Positions 38,132 to 49,200 of a stretch of DNA of 51,180 nt are shown here, piece by piece. Position numbers and translations under genes: made by a program. Positions within the stretch are counted from its first letter, which is position 1, and every line of letters begins with the position of its first letter. The stretch spans positions 44,983,542-45,034,721 of the forward strand of contig NC_068983.1 in assembly GCF_001194135.2 (NCBI RefSeq). Reading direction: 5' to 3'. This DNA is from Octopus bimaculoides (taxonomy: Eukaryota). Below the pieces are notes generated by a model. That model saw only the letters and a list, made by a program, of their open reading frames with translations, did not search any database and was not told the origin of the DNA.

Positions 38132-38350
38132 ATATTATTATTATTCAGCTTACTGCCTGGAATCGAACTCGGAATCTTGGGGTTAGTAGCCCGCGCTCTT
38201 AACCACTATCCTGCATGCCCGTCAAATGTAAATAATGTAAATAATGTACATAATTCTTAAATATAAAACTGTGAAATAAGTACCAGTTGAAGACTGGGAT
38301 CGATTTAATCGACTTGTCCGCTTTCTTTGAGTTGGTGGCCTTGTGCCAAA

Positions 38351-38398
<48 letters not shown>

Positions 38399-38479
38399 AA
38401 ATACTATTGCATGCTAATCTAATTATTAAAGATATTATCCTGAAGTTTGGTCACCAGAAGCCTCCCCAAGGATTATCAT

Positions 38480-39090
38480 CATTATTGTTGTTGTTGTTGT
38501 TATTTATGCGAGAAATACTCCTAATGTTTTGTTTTTTGAAATAAGAACTATGTACATCTTGAAAAAACATGCTTAGAAGTGTTGAAGGTTGTGAATAACA
38601 TCCTTGATAGGAGAACCAAATGCTAAAGGTTAAAAAAAAATATTCAAGGTTAACGAGTATATACAACGAGAAACATCTTAGAAGTATTCTAGGTTACATA
38701 GGATTTTCAAGGAGAATGATGATGTACAGAGTTAAGAAGATATACTAAAGTTTATCAAATATGCTTAATTACTGAGTGGGATTACCCTAATAATCTTACA
38801 AATCCTAGCATCGCTAATTTGTTTTAAGAACGCCTCGATGTCTTATAAAGAATTTGGGAAATTGTTGATATCTTCACAGAAATGGTTGCATCTCACTATA
38901 TTTGTATCAATACAAAGATAGAATGATAGATACGTTCCTATAATGTTGTTAGTTCAATAGCTAGATCGGTGTAGTTATTGCTTGATTTTCAGTGCTCCCT
39001 CCAGTCACAATATTATAATCGTTTGGAATTGCTATGATGATAAAGTAAATACAATAATGTCATTATTTGTCAAAGCAGCTTTAGCGCCCC
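38480..39090 (-). mobile_element. Older, degraded R4/Dong-like RLE fragment
   Basis: Frameshifted minus-strand peptides FIIIAIPNDYNI, NNYTDLAIELTTL* and LKQISDARICKIIR resemble the same RLE C-terminus. It abuts the same (TAA)n array. Confidence 0.5.
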
Positions 39091-39170
<80 letters not shown>

Positions 39171-39172
<2 letters not shown>

Positions 39173-39768
39173 TTTAATTTGCATGTTTGTTACAATCACT
39201 TGCCAAGACACACTCAGCGTCCCAGGGCGAGTGATGGATAAGAGATGTTACAGTATGACTGAAAGCTTGGGGAGGGAAAGTGGCAGGAGCAGTAACGAAA
39301 TATCTCCATGTAATACAACACAGACATCTAAATTGATAGGGTTTCTCTAAGGATGTGTATAGTACTTGTCAGCACAATCTTTTGGATTTTTCAGAGACAT
39401 GGTTCTCCTGGGGCGTTGCCTGACATCCCTATTTTTTTTTATCATACCTAGGGCACCTACAATAACAGGAACAATCCTTGCTTTAAGATACCACATCATT
39501 TGTATTTCAATTTCCAGATCTTTATATTTACTTAGTGTGCCAAATTCCTTTACAGATATATTTTTATCAGTGGGAACACTTACGTTTATTAGTCTACAAG
39601 TATGTTCTTCTCTGTCTTTAATAATTATGTCTGGCCGATTAGCCTGGATAGCTCTGTCAGTGTTGACAGGAAAATCCTAGAGGATAGTGACATTTTTACC
39701 GTCAGTGACGGGCTCAGGATGATGTTCATACCAGTAAGCAGGAGTGTTGGTTTTGTAGTGTTTACATA

Positions 39769-39770
<2 letters not shown>
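39171..39770 (-). mobile_element. 5'-truncated R4/Dong-clade non-LTR retrotransposon (RLE endonuclease end plus 3' UTR), inactive
   Basis: Minus strand translates ICKHYKTNTPAYWYEHHPEPVTDGKNVTIL*DFPVNTDRAIQANRPDIIIKDREEHTCRLINVSVPTDKNISVKEFGTLSKYKDLEIEIQMMWYLKARIVPVIVGALGMIKK, then after a frameshift KIVLTSTIHILRETLSI*. The RPD and KYKDLEIE motifs are typical of the R4/Dong RLE. Flanked by (TAA)n on both sides. Confidence 0.88.
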
Positions 39771-39853
<83 letters not shown>

Positions 39854-40450
39854 CGTTTACTCTGAACGCACTTATTTTTCGGTCGCTCAGATAAAACTGG
39901 ATTTTTGCTATATTTACTGAATGTAAAGCTTTCTGTTTTCGAATTATTTTCAAACACGTCACCTCACGAACAGTGTGAACGTTTGCCCAAATATTTGGGT
40001 TGAACAAAGAGCGTCTGTTTTCAGATATATTATAATTTTATTTTCGTGTGTTTACATTTCATTTCAATGAGATTTCTTGTGCTAAAACAGCGGGGAACGC
40101 CCCAAGAAAACTAACTTTGAACTTAACAACACAGAGTACAAACAGAAAAAAAATATCAACAGCAAAAAATAAACAGAGTTGAACAGAAAACTTACTTTTT
40201 ATTAAATGAGGAAAATATTTAATTTTAAGAAGTGAAAGAATTAATTCACACGACACAAACAGAAAGAATCACAACAACATAATAATCATTCTTTCGCTAG
40301 TGTTACGAGACAAGGAGCACTATTAGATGTAAGCGGTTGGAAAAAATAACAACAAACAAGCAGTTTGTCAGTAAAGAATGTGTTTCTTTTCCAAAGGAAG
40401 TTATCCAATAATGAATGAGTAGGAATGTGACTTTATTCTGTTTCTTGTAG

Positions 40451-40504
40451 GATATCTTCCAATTTAGATCATGAAGGTACAGAGCTGAGCAAAACGTTTT
40501 GAAG
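40451..40504 (+). other. Candidate small exon (54 nt; alternative donor gives 26 nt)
   Basis: CTTTATTCTGTTTCTTGTAG acceptor and AAG|GTGAGC donor. The 54-nt form has stops in all three frames. Confidence 0.35.
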
Positions 40505-40639
40505 GTGAGCAGTAGTTGTTCATGCACGCAAGCTTTCCTTATCATTGTCACCGATTTCTATTCAAAGAAAACCACCAGTTTGGACCACACCACCTTCTAT
40601 TTGATCCTCTAGTCCACCACCTTCTCTGAGTTCGTTCTT

Positions 40640-40880
40640 TTTTTGACTCCGAAAGGATGAGAAGCAAAGTTGACCTCGGCAGTACTTTAACTCAGAACAC
40701 AGAGACTCAGAATAAAAAACCGTGAGGCATTCTGTCCAACGTTCTAATTAGAGTGGTTTCCGGCTGCACTCGAAACATCTTTTCGAAGTCGATAAAATAA
40801 GTACCAGTGGAGCACTGAGATCGATATAATCAATTTTCTGCTCCCTTTACAATTGCTGGCTTTGAGCCCAAATTAGAAAG
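40640..40880. mobile_element. Two adjacent family A fragments in opposite orientation
   Basis: 40640-40745 is minus strand and 40765-40880 is plus strand. Confidence 0.6.
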
Positions 40881-41078
40881 AATAATTAACAACAGCACAG
40901 TTATGAAGGAAAGTTTCTTTTGGCAGCAAAATGTACATCAATGTAATAATTCTATAGAGAAAAACCTGCAGTAAAGATGTTAATTCTCTATCAGACAATT
41001 CCTTTCACTCTATTTATCAACACGCTTCTAACTAAAAAAAAAAAAAAGAAAAGATTTTTTCCTTTCTTCTTTGTTCAG

Positions 41079-41089
41079 TTTTCTTAAAA
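41079..41089 (+). other. Candidate 11-nt microexon
   Basis: TTCTAAC branch-like site, CCTTTCTTCTTTGTTCAG acceptor and GTGAGT donor. Confidence 0.35.
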
Positions 41090-41511
41090 GTGAGTATATT
41101 AAAGCACTGTTTACGAGTTTATAATGAAGAGCTGTCAACTGCTTCAGGCAAAGAAAAACGAGCCAGCGATGTAGTCTTTACGTGAGCGCTTCTTAACCTG
41201 AGTGTCTTGGACTGTTTGAGCTCCTGAAAGAAAATACTTGGGATGCATGGGAAAAGGCATTTAAATAGTAGTCCTTGATTACGAAAAGGTTCTTCCAGAA
41301 ACATTAGCATAATGTCCTTCAAATCAAACTATTCTGTCTTAAACATTTATGAGCACGTAGTATATAATACAGTATGAAATAAATATATCTGAATTGCGGG
41401 TAGGATGTTCATAGTCAGAATGCTTTTGGTGTATTTACCTGAACAGGGTTAATAACTTGAGTGTTTAAACACCAACGCAGCAAGAACAATGATAAGAATA
41501 CGCATAACACA

Positions 41512-41637
41512 TTTCCTATTATGCGATCAATATTTAACTTATTCAATAATATTTGATTTATTTTTGTGATTATTTCCTATTATGCAATCAATATGTGATT
41601 TATTCGATAATGTTTTGATTTATTTTTATTTTTGCGA
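41512..41637. repeat. Diverged tandem duplication of about 62 bp
   Basis: ATTTCCTATTATGC(G/A)ATCAATAT occurs twice. Confidence 0.8.
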
Positions 41638-41806
41638 TTGTTTGCCATTGAATTTCTTGAGTAAAAAAATTGGAACTGCAACAATCGACTGACTAAATCT
41701 TCTCACTTAGTAATTTTGAAAATATATCTTAAGCCCTCTTTAAATTGTTACAGTGGGTCTCTCGCCGCTAATGTTTTATCAATAACTTTCTCTTTTTTTT
41801 CATTAG

Positions 41807-41822
41807 AATATTACTTGATTCA
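41807..41822 (+). other. Candidate 16-nt microexon
   Basis: GCTAAT branch-like site, CTTTCTCTTTTTTTTCATTAG acceptor and CA|GTAAGT donor. Confidence 0.4.
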
Positions 41823-42125
41823 GTAAGTTATTAAATGATAAACGGTGTGACAGTTGTATGTGAAATACGTTACAAGATAAAATTATTTAAACTATTCTTG
41901 TTTTAAGAGACGGTAAACAAACGCTCCGAAAAAGAAAGTCATACATAGGGAAATACTTGGTTGATACAGCATCATTTAACGCGTCTGAACACGTTTCCAG
42001 ATCAGCGACAATGTCTGTATGATAAATTCTGAACGAAGCTTTCAGAATATATTTCACAAGATAAAACAAGCACAAACACACATACACACACACACACACA
42101 CACACAAACATATACATATATATAC

Positions 42126-42281
42126 ACGACAAGCTTCTTTCAGTTTCCGTCTACCAAATTCAATCATAAAGCTTTGGTCGGCTCGAGGCTATATTAGAAG
42201 ACACTTGCCCAAAGTGCTACGCAGTGTGACTGAAACCCGAAACATGTGGTTGGTAAGCAAGCTACTTACCGCAGAGCCACT
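42126..42281 (-). mobile_element. Family B SINE 5' half
   Basis: Head and CORE-like region match 23088-23240. Confidence 0.8.
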
Positions 42282-42769
42282 CATACATATATATTTACAT
42301 TTGCTGTAGATATATAAAAAATTACGACGAAAGTTAGGACGCGAGATATACATTGTAATAAACTTTTAAGATATTAAAATCCGAATAGTACATTTGTAAT
42401 TAATAATTACATGCCAATTAATAAATAGGTCATGCGTAGAATTTACTGGAAGGTGTTACGTTGTACTTTTCTGCTTAGAACACTATTGACTTTATTCTAT
42501 GCTTGCCTTAGTTTATATATATCTGTCAAGCGAATGTATCACCCCATCTGGTAAAATCAGATAGGTATCCTATCGAGTATTAGTTAGAAGGAGATTTATA
42601 CGGCATCTGTTATCTGATGATAAACACCGGGTCTTAAAAATCAACACCGGGCAAAAGCTACGTTTATAGTTTACGTACACATATATATATGCGACTATAC
42701 TTTTAGCTTTGTCTGTACATACATATACATACATACATACTTACATATATATATATGTACATACATATA

Positions 42770-42800
<31 letters not shown>

Positions 42801-43591
42801 NNNNNNNNNNNNNNNNNNNNNNNNNNNNNNNNNNNNNNNNNNNNNNNNNNNNNNNNNNNNNNNNNNNNNNNNNNNNNNNNNNNNNNNNNNNNNNNNNNNN
42901 NNNNNNNNNNNNNNNNNNNNNNNNNNNNNNNNNNNNNNNNNNNNNNNNNNNNNNNNNNNNNNNNNNNNNNNNNNNNNNNNNNNNNNNNNNNNNNNNNNNN
43001 NNNNNNNNNNNNNNNNNNNNNNNNNNNNNNNNNNNNNNNNNNNNNNNNNNNNNNNNNNNNNNNNNNNNNNNNNNNNNNNNNNNNNNNNNNNNNNNNNNNN
43101 NNNNNNNNNNNNNNNNNNNNNNNNNNNNNNNNNNNNNNNNNNNNNNNNNNNNNNNNNNNNNNNNNNNNNNNNNNNNNNNNNNNNNNNNNNNNNNNNNNNN
43201 NNNNNNNNNNNNNNNNNNNNNNNNNNNNNNNNNNNTATATATATATATATATATGCTTGTGTGTGTGTGTGTGTATACGTGTGTGTGCACACCCAGATGA
43301 AACTAGTATATACGTATATATGTATGTGTGTGAGTGTGCATGTTTTGTGTGCCTACGCGCGCGTATGTGTGATAATTACGTTAAGACATACGCATATGAG
43401 CTATATGTATGCCTCAAGCTATTATACGCTTGTATACATCTAACTATGCATAGTTAGATGTATATACAGAATACTAATTTCTAAAATAGGTTCAAGGCTA
43501 GAAATTTAGCGGGGTAAGGAAATAGTAGACGAACATCGATCCAGTTTTAGACTGATAATATATTTATCGTAAAACTGATGGTCGACAGCTG

Positions 43592-43735
43592 AAGACGCGT
43601 GGCCTAATGGTTAGGGTGTTGCACTCTCGATCACAAGATCGTGGTTTCGATTCCCGTACTGGGGGAAAACGCTTAATTTGATGCTGCGTCTGGTCACTCA
43701 GTTGTAAATATATAACCCTGCGTCAGACTGGCATT
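43592..43735 (+). mobile_element. tRNA-derived SINE fragment
   Basis: GGCCTAATGGTTAGGG...GGTTTCGATTCCC. Confidence 0.6.
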
Positions 43736-43775
43736 TTTGGGCGGTTAACTTATGTTAGGCGATAAGAGTGATTTA

Positions 43776-44006
43776 AAGGCGGCGAGCTGGAAGAATCGTT
43801 AGCACACCGGGCGAAATGCTTAGCGGTATTTCGTCTGTCGTTACGTTCTGGGTTCAATTTCCGCCGAGGTCGACTTTGCCTTTCATCCCTTTCGGGGTCG
43901 ATAAATTAAGTACCAGTTACGCACTGAGGTCGATGTAATCGACTTAATCCCTTTGTCTGTCCTTGTTTGTCCCTTCTATGTTTAGCCCCTTGTGGGCAAT
44001 AAGAAA
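43776..44006 (+). mobile_element. Family A SINE, full length, with 14-bp TSD
   Basis: GGCGGCGAGCTGG...GGGTTCAATTTCCGCC (B-box-like). Perfect TSD ATAAGAGTGATTTA at 43762-43775 and 44007-44020. Confidence 0.9.
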
Positions 44007-44319
44007 ATAAGAGTGATTTATGTTGTCGGTCCGAGATTCTGTTCTGTTTAAAAGCTGCTGTCTGTTCCTTGGATAACTTTAGAAGGAATAGTTCTATTGC
44101 AAACATTGAGAAAGGACTTCCTGTTCCCTAACCACACATATTTTCTGTTGCATACATTCACCTGTAGATAAGGGGATCAGTGTGTTTGTGAAAGCAACAT
44201 ATTTCCATTTGGCCTTTTAAAAAAATTTTATACATACATACACTCATGCGTATATAAATTCCCAATAATACAAATAACCATTTGTACACTTGATTATGTC
44301 AATATATGCCTAAGTGTCA

Positions 44320-44470
44320 ATTTGGAAAAGCTGGGATTGGAACGGTAAAAATATGAAAGAGACTTATTAAGGGAAAAGTCGACATCGGCGACACTTGAAC
44401 TCAGAACGTAAAGCCGGAACAAATCTTGCTAAGCACGTTGCTCGGCGTGCAAACGGTTCTGCTAGCTGGC
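44320..44470 (-). mobile_element. Family A SINE, diverged
   Basis: GTCGACATCGGCGACACTTGAACTCAGAACGTAAAG core. Confidence 0.7.
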
Positions 44471-44641
44471 GATTCTGTCAGCTCTCTGTTGGTATATCTG
44501 CGTATAATAAAATACACGAAAAAGGCCAACCAAAATAATTTTAACCCCTGGAAAGTAAAAAAAAAAAAAAAGGACCGGCATAAAATTGCGAGAAGACAGA
44601 TATACAGATAGTCAGAGATAGATAGTTATAGATAGATAGAT

Positions 44642-44683
<42 letters not shown>

Positions 44684-45581
44684 AGAGAGAGGTGGGGGTA
44701 GAGAGAGATGTGTGCAATAATCTGTTGCCAGTGGCAATAGTTCCGCTGACAAACACCGAACAAACAAGTGTGTTTAGTAGTTATTTCAAGGAGCATGTTT
44801 TGAGTGCCTTTAGACCTAGAGTACACTCAAGCACACCGACATAACGGACAAAGCTCTTAATCNNNNNNNNNNNNNNNNNNNNNNNNNNNNNNNNNNNNNN
44901 NNNNNNNNNNNNNNNNNNNNNNNNNNNNNNNNNNNNNNNNNNNNNNNNNNNNNNNNNNNNNNNNNNNNNNNNNNNNNNNNNNNNNNNNNNNNNNNNNNNN
45001 NNNNNNNNNNNNNGGTGGTGGAGTGGTGGTGGTGGTGGAGGTGGGGGTGGTGGTTCTGTACCGTGATGGAGAGCGATGAAGGAGGAGGTACAAAAAATAA
45101 ATAAATAAATAACTACAACAATGGAACGAAATGTAAAAGCAACAATAAAAATATGTAATATTTTCTCTACTGTTTTGGTATTATACACACACACACACAC
45201 ATATATATGTATGTATATAAAGAGAAAGAGAGAGAGGGTGAGAAAGGGTGAGAAAGAGAGAGAGGAAGAGAGAGGGTGAGAAAGAAAGAAAGAAAGAGAA
45301 ATCCACATTACATACACATGTAGGACATCTCTGTGTGTGTGTATATATACATATGTATATATATATACACACATATATGTATGTATATACCACATGCCAA
45401 ATGCATTAGGATAATTCTTGTAATATAAATTCCAGGTGTGCATGTGTGAATGTGTGAGTGTGTGTATGTATATGTATATGTATATGTGTATATATATATA
45501 TCCGATAAATTGTGAGCAGGGGAGTGAACCCCTGCCATCTTCTAGCGACGGAGCTCCCTCCCTCTTTTCTTGCTGTATACA

Positions 45582-45615
<34 letters not shown>

Positions 45616-46012
45616 CATNNNNNNNNNNNNNNNNNNNNNNNNNNNNNNNNNNNNNNNNNNNNNNNNNNNNNNNNNNNNNNNNNNNNNNNNNNNNNNNNNN
45701 NNNNNNNNNNNNNNNNNNNNNNNNNNNNNNNNNNNNNNNNNNNNNNNNNNNNNNNNNNNNNNNNNNNNNNNNNNNNNNNNNNNNNNNNNNNNNNNNNNNN
45801 NNNNNNNNNNNNNNNNNNNNNNNNNNNNNNNNNNNNNNNNNNNNNNNNNNNNNNNNNNNNNNNNNNNNNNNNNNNNNNNNNNNNNNNNNNNNNNNNNNNN
45901 NNNNNNNNNNNNNNNNNNNNNNNNNNNNNNNNNNNNNNNNNNNNNNNNNNNNNNNNNNNNNNNNNNNNNNNNNNNNNNNNNNNNNNNNNNNNNNNNNNNN
46001 NNNNNNNNNNNN

Positions 46013-46047
<35 letters not shown>

Positions 46048-46765
46048 GAGCATAGATATATAGATAAATAGATAAATAGATAAACAGTTATGTATGTACA
46101 AGCATATATCTCATATACATATACGTAACTTGAGTGCTAGACCGAAGTAGTAAGAGATAAAAAGACAAAGACAAAAATGGTGGTGGAGGTTGTGGTAGTA
46201 ATGGTAGTAACATGGTAGAAGTGATGGTGATAGTAGTGGTAGTAGTGATTCAAGTGGTGATGGCAGTGGAGGTGGTGCTGGTGGTAGCGAAGGAAGAATT
46301 CTTCCGAAAGGGAAATAGTATATGTTGAATAGCGGTGCACTTAACGTAGGTGAAATGTGAGCAGTGAAGACTAGAATTGGACGTTATTGAATAAAGAAAT
46401 CTGAACCGTGCAAGTGTCTGCATATTCATATATACATCCATCACTGCACCCAGCTATCACTGCAGGTGTCATCATCTTTCCATACATATGTATATATATA
46501 TATATATGACTCACACACACACACAGTTACCACCACACACACACACGCTACCACGCACACACACACTCAGTTACTGCCTCCACACACAAGCGCGCGAGTA
46601 CACATTCGTACACACAGGTACCAACCATTCTTCACATTCTCCTGTCCCAGAAAGCACTTTCTCTTTGTTCTTCTACTTCCGGTCACTCCAAAAATGTAAC
46701 TAGACGTGGACTATTGGCAATCTTTTCTTCCTCTTTCCTTTTCCTTTGAACTTTCATATGTTTCC

Positions 46766-46802
46766 TGTTTCCGAAGAAGAGCTATGCTCAAAACGTAAAC
46801 AA
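46766..46802 (+). ncRNA. Highly degenerate hammerhead-like motif in a PLE-like terminal fragment
   Basis: TGTTT-CCGAAGA-A-GAG-CTATG-CTC-AAAAC-GTA-AACAA. Stem II GAG/CTC is present; the core has U4C and G12A changes. Confidence 0.35.
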
Positions 46803-46915
46803 CCACTCTTTCGTTTCTCTGAGGGTATTTTAAAAATACTTTGCATGTGCTATGTCACCACGTTGTTGGTTTTCTTATTGTCTTTTTCTCCATTTTTCTC
46901 CGCATTTTAAATTAA

Positions 46916-46978
<63 letters not shown>

Positions 46979-47759
46979 NNNNNNNNNNNNNNNNNNNNNN
47001 NNNNNNNNNNNNNNNNNNNNNNNNNNNNNNNNNNNNNNNNNNNNNNNNNNNNNNNNNNNNNNNNNNNNNNNNNNNNNNNNNNNNNNNNNNNNNNNNNNNN
47101 NNNNNNNNNNNNNNNNNNNNNNNNNNNNNNNNNNNNNNNNNNNNNNNNNNNNNNNNNNNNNNNNNNNNNNNNNNNNNNNNNNNNNNNNNNNNNNNNNNNN
47201 NNNNNNNNNNNNNNNNNNNNNNNNNNNNNNNNNNNNNNNNNNNNNNNNNNNNNNNNNNNNNNNNNNNNNNNNNNNNNNNNNNNNNNNNNNNNNNNNNNNN
47301 NNNNNNNNNNNNNNNNNNNNNNNNNNNNNNNNNNNNNNNNNNNNNNNNNNNNNNNNNNNNNNNNNNNNNNNNNNNNNNNNNNNNNNNNNNNNNNNNNNNN
47401 NNNNNNNNNNNNNNNNNNNNNNNNNNNNNNNNNNNNNNNNNNNNNNNNNNNNNNNNNNNNNNNNNNNNNNNNNNNNNNNNNNNNNNNNNNNNNNNNNNNN
47501 NNNNNNNNNNNNNNNNNNNNNNNNNNNNNNNNNNNNNNNNNNNNNNNNNNNNNNNNNNNNNNNNNNNNNNNNNNNNNNNNNNNNNNNNNNNNNNNNNNNN
47601 NNNNNNNNNNNNNNNNNNNNNNNNNNNNNNNNNNNNNNNNNNNNNNNNNNNNNNNNNNNNNNNNNNNNNNNNNNNNNNNNNNNNNNNNNNNNNNNNNNNN
47701 NNNNNNNNNNNNNNNNNNNNNNNNNNNNNNNNNNNNNTATATACATATATGGATATATA

Positions 47760-47882
47760 TGACGGGCCTCCATGCATTTTTCTTCTATCAAATTCACTCA
47801 CAAAGTATTCAAGGCATTGGTCGTCCGGACCGGAGTTTTAGTACAGGACACTTTCCCAAGGTGCCGCCTAGTGGGACTGAAT
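47760..47882 (-). mobile_element. Family B SINE 5' half, diverged
   Basis: CCCAAGGTGCCGCCTAGTGGGACTGAA. Confidence 0.6.
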
Positions 47883-48448
47883 ATGGTTGAAAAACGAACG
47901 TTTTAAACACACATATCCTTGCTTGCGTGTGGAACTATTTAAGTAATGTAGGCCATGTAATCATCCGAAGTTTTAAAACAACACAGCTTGTAGATGCTGT
48001 ATAAACTAGTGATTAATGTTAATAGCTAAATGCTTTGGCATCCCCCAACGTAATTTTCTTAATTCTTTTCAATAGGAGATTTATGAAAAACAAAACAGCA
48101 ACAATAATAAGTGAAAAGAGGAAAAAAAACAACATTTTCTGTTACTGTTTTCTCTTTTGCATACAGATTAATGGAAACATATGTTAGTAATTACATCTCA
48201 CATGCCGAAATTACACACAAACACACACACTACGCATTCACGCATACGTTCACGCACATACGCGCATATATACCTATACGTACATAGACGTACATATATA
48301 CATGCACATATACATACATATACATGCATATGTATACAAGCTTATGCAGACATATATACATATATAGATATATACACAAATATACATACGTGGATACACA
48401 CACACACGCATACATATATCTATACATATATACATATATATATGTATA

Positions 48449-48507
<59 letters not shown>

Positions 48508-48668
48508 TTATACGTGTATGTATACATGTATACACACACGTATATATATACTTACATACATTTATATAGAGACATAGTTGTATATATATAAACGATAAAT
48601 CAATAAGACGAGGTATGTTTACGATAAAAATTATTTGTTTGATATACAGAGAAATGGTATTAGTTTAT

Positions 48669-48708
48669 TGTTATGACGTTTCGAATATTAGCCTTTCTTC
48701 AGAATACA
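48669..48708 (-). ncRNA. Degenerate hammerhead-like motif (PLE remnant)
   Basis: Minus strand TGTATT-CTGAAGA-AAGGCTAATATTC-GAAAC-GTC-ATAACA. Core and GUC triplet are intact; stems I and II are mismatched. Confidence 0.5.
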
Positions 48709-48841
48709 AGTAAATGGAAACTAAGCAGAAAAACGGAGAAGAACAATAAAAAAGGCACCCTAGGTTAAAATGTGCATGTGGCGGTGACCATTCATTGTAT
48801 CCAGTGAAAGAATTGAAAAATTAAAACGTTAAATATATATA

Positions 48842-49024
48842 CAGAGTGGCCCAAAAGTAGGTTTACAGTTATCACGTAAATTTCTTTTAAAACATCTTAC
48901 AATTAGCTAAATTAGCATAGAACAATGGTTTCATATTTTTTTTTATAATTAAGATCTAAACTGCTAATATATGAATGCGAAAGTAATAGTTGAATAACTG
49001 TAAACCTACTTTTGGGCCACACTG
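48842..49024. mobile_element. Tc1/mariner-type MITE (183 bp)
   Basis: 31-bp TIRs CAG(A/T)GTGGCCCAAAAGTAGGTTTACAGTTAT with 1 mismatch, with TA on both sides. Confidence 0.92.
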
Positions 49025-49078
49025 TATATGCATGTACGTATATACATACGTGTGAGTGTCTGGCGTACGTGTGCGTAC

Positions 49079-49200
49079 ATGTGTGTGTATATAAGTGCCG
49101 TGTGCATATATATATATATGTTTGCATGTGTGTATGTGTGTGTATATAAGTGCCGTGTGCATATATATATATATGTTTGCATGTGTGTATGTGTATGTAT
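49079..49200. repeat. Tandem duplication of about 55-60 bp
   Basis: TGTATATAAGTGCCGTGTGCATATATATATATATGTTTGCATGTGTGTATGTGT occurs twice. Confidence 0.85.

Larger units (their letters stand above)
37684..38271 (-). mobile_element. tRNA-headed, hammerhead-containing non-autonomous retroelement (SINE with PLE-like 3' part), interrupted by a family C repeat
   Basis: On the minus strand: an inverted terminal piece (38219-38271), then a tRNA-like head with A box TAGTGGTTAAG (38198-38208) and B box GTTCGATTCC (38159-38168), a (TAA)n linker, the body with the hammerhead, and an (AAATGTAAAT)-type tail. Flanked by the direct repeat TGAAATAAGTACCA at 37670-37683 and 38272-38285, inside a family A SINE. 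Confidence 0.8.
37563..38352 (+). mobile_element. Family A SINE split by the hammerhead element (37563-37683 plus 38272-38352)
   Basis: The two halves are collinear with the family A consensus and overlap by the 14-bp TSD. Confidence 0.8.

Noticed and set aside
38140-38220. Possible tRNA gene (also heads at 13900-13990, 27690-27751, 28051-28125, 43592-43660)
   Set aside because: A and B boxes are present, but no complete cloverleaf or acceptor stem; each continues into a SINE body.
42614-42650. CTGATGA core hits (also 36911, 6153, and CTGAAGA in family C)
   Set aside because: No downstream stem II and GAAA.
44706-44846. Protein-like frame DVCNNLLPVAIVPLTNTEQTSVFSSYFKEHVLSAFRPRVHSSTPT*
   Set aside because: No pyrimidine-rich acceptor or start codon; short and unrecognised.
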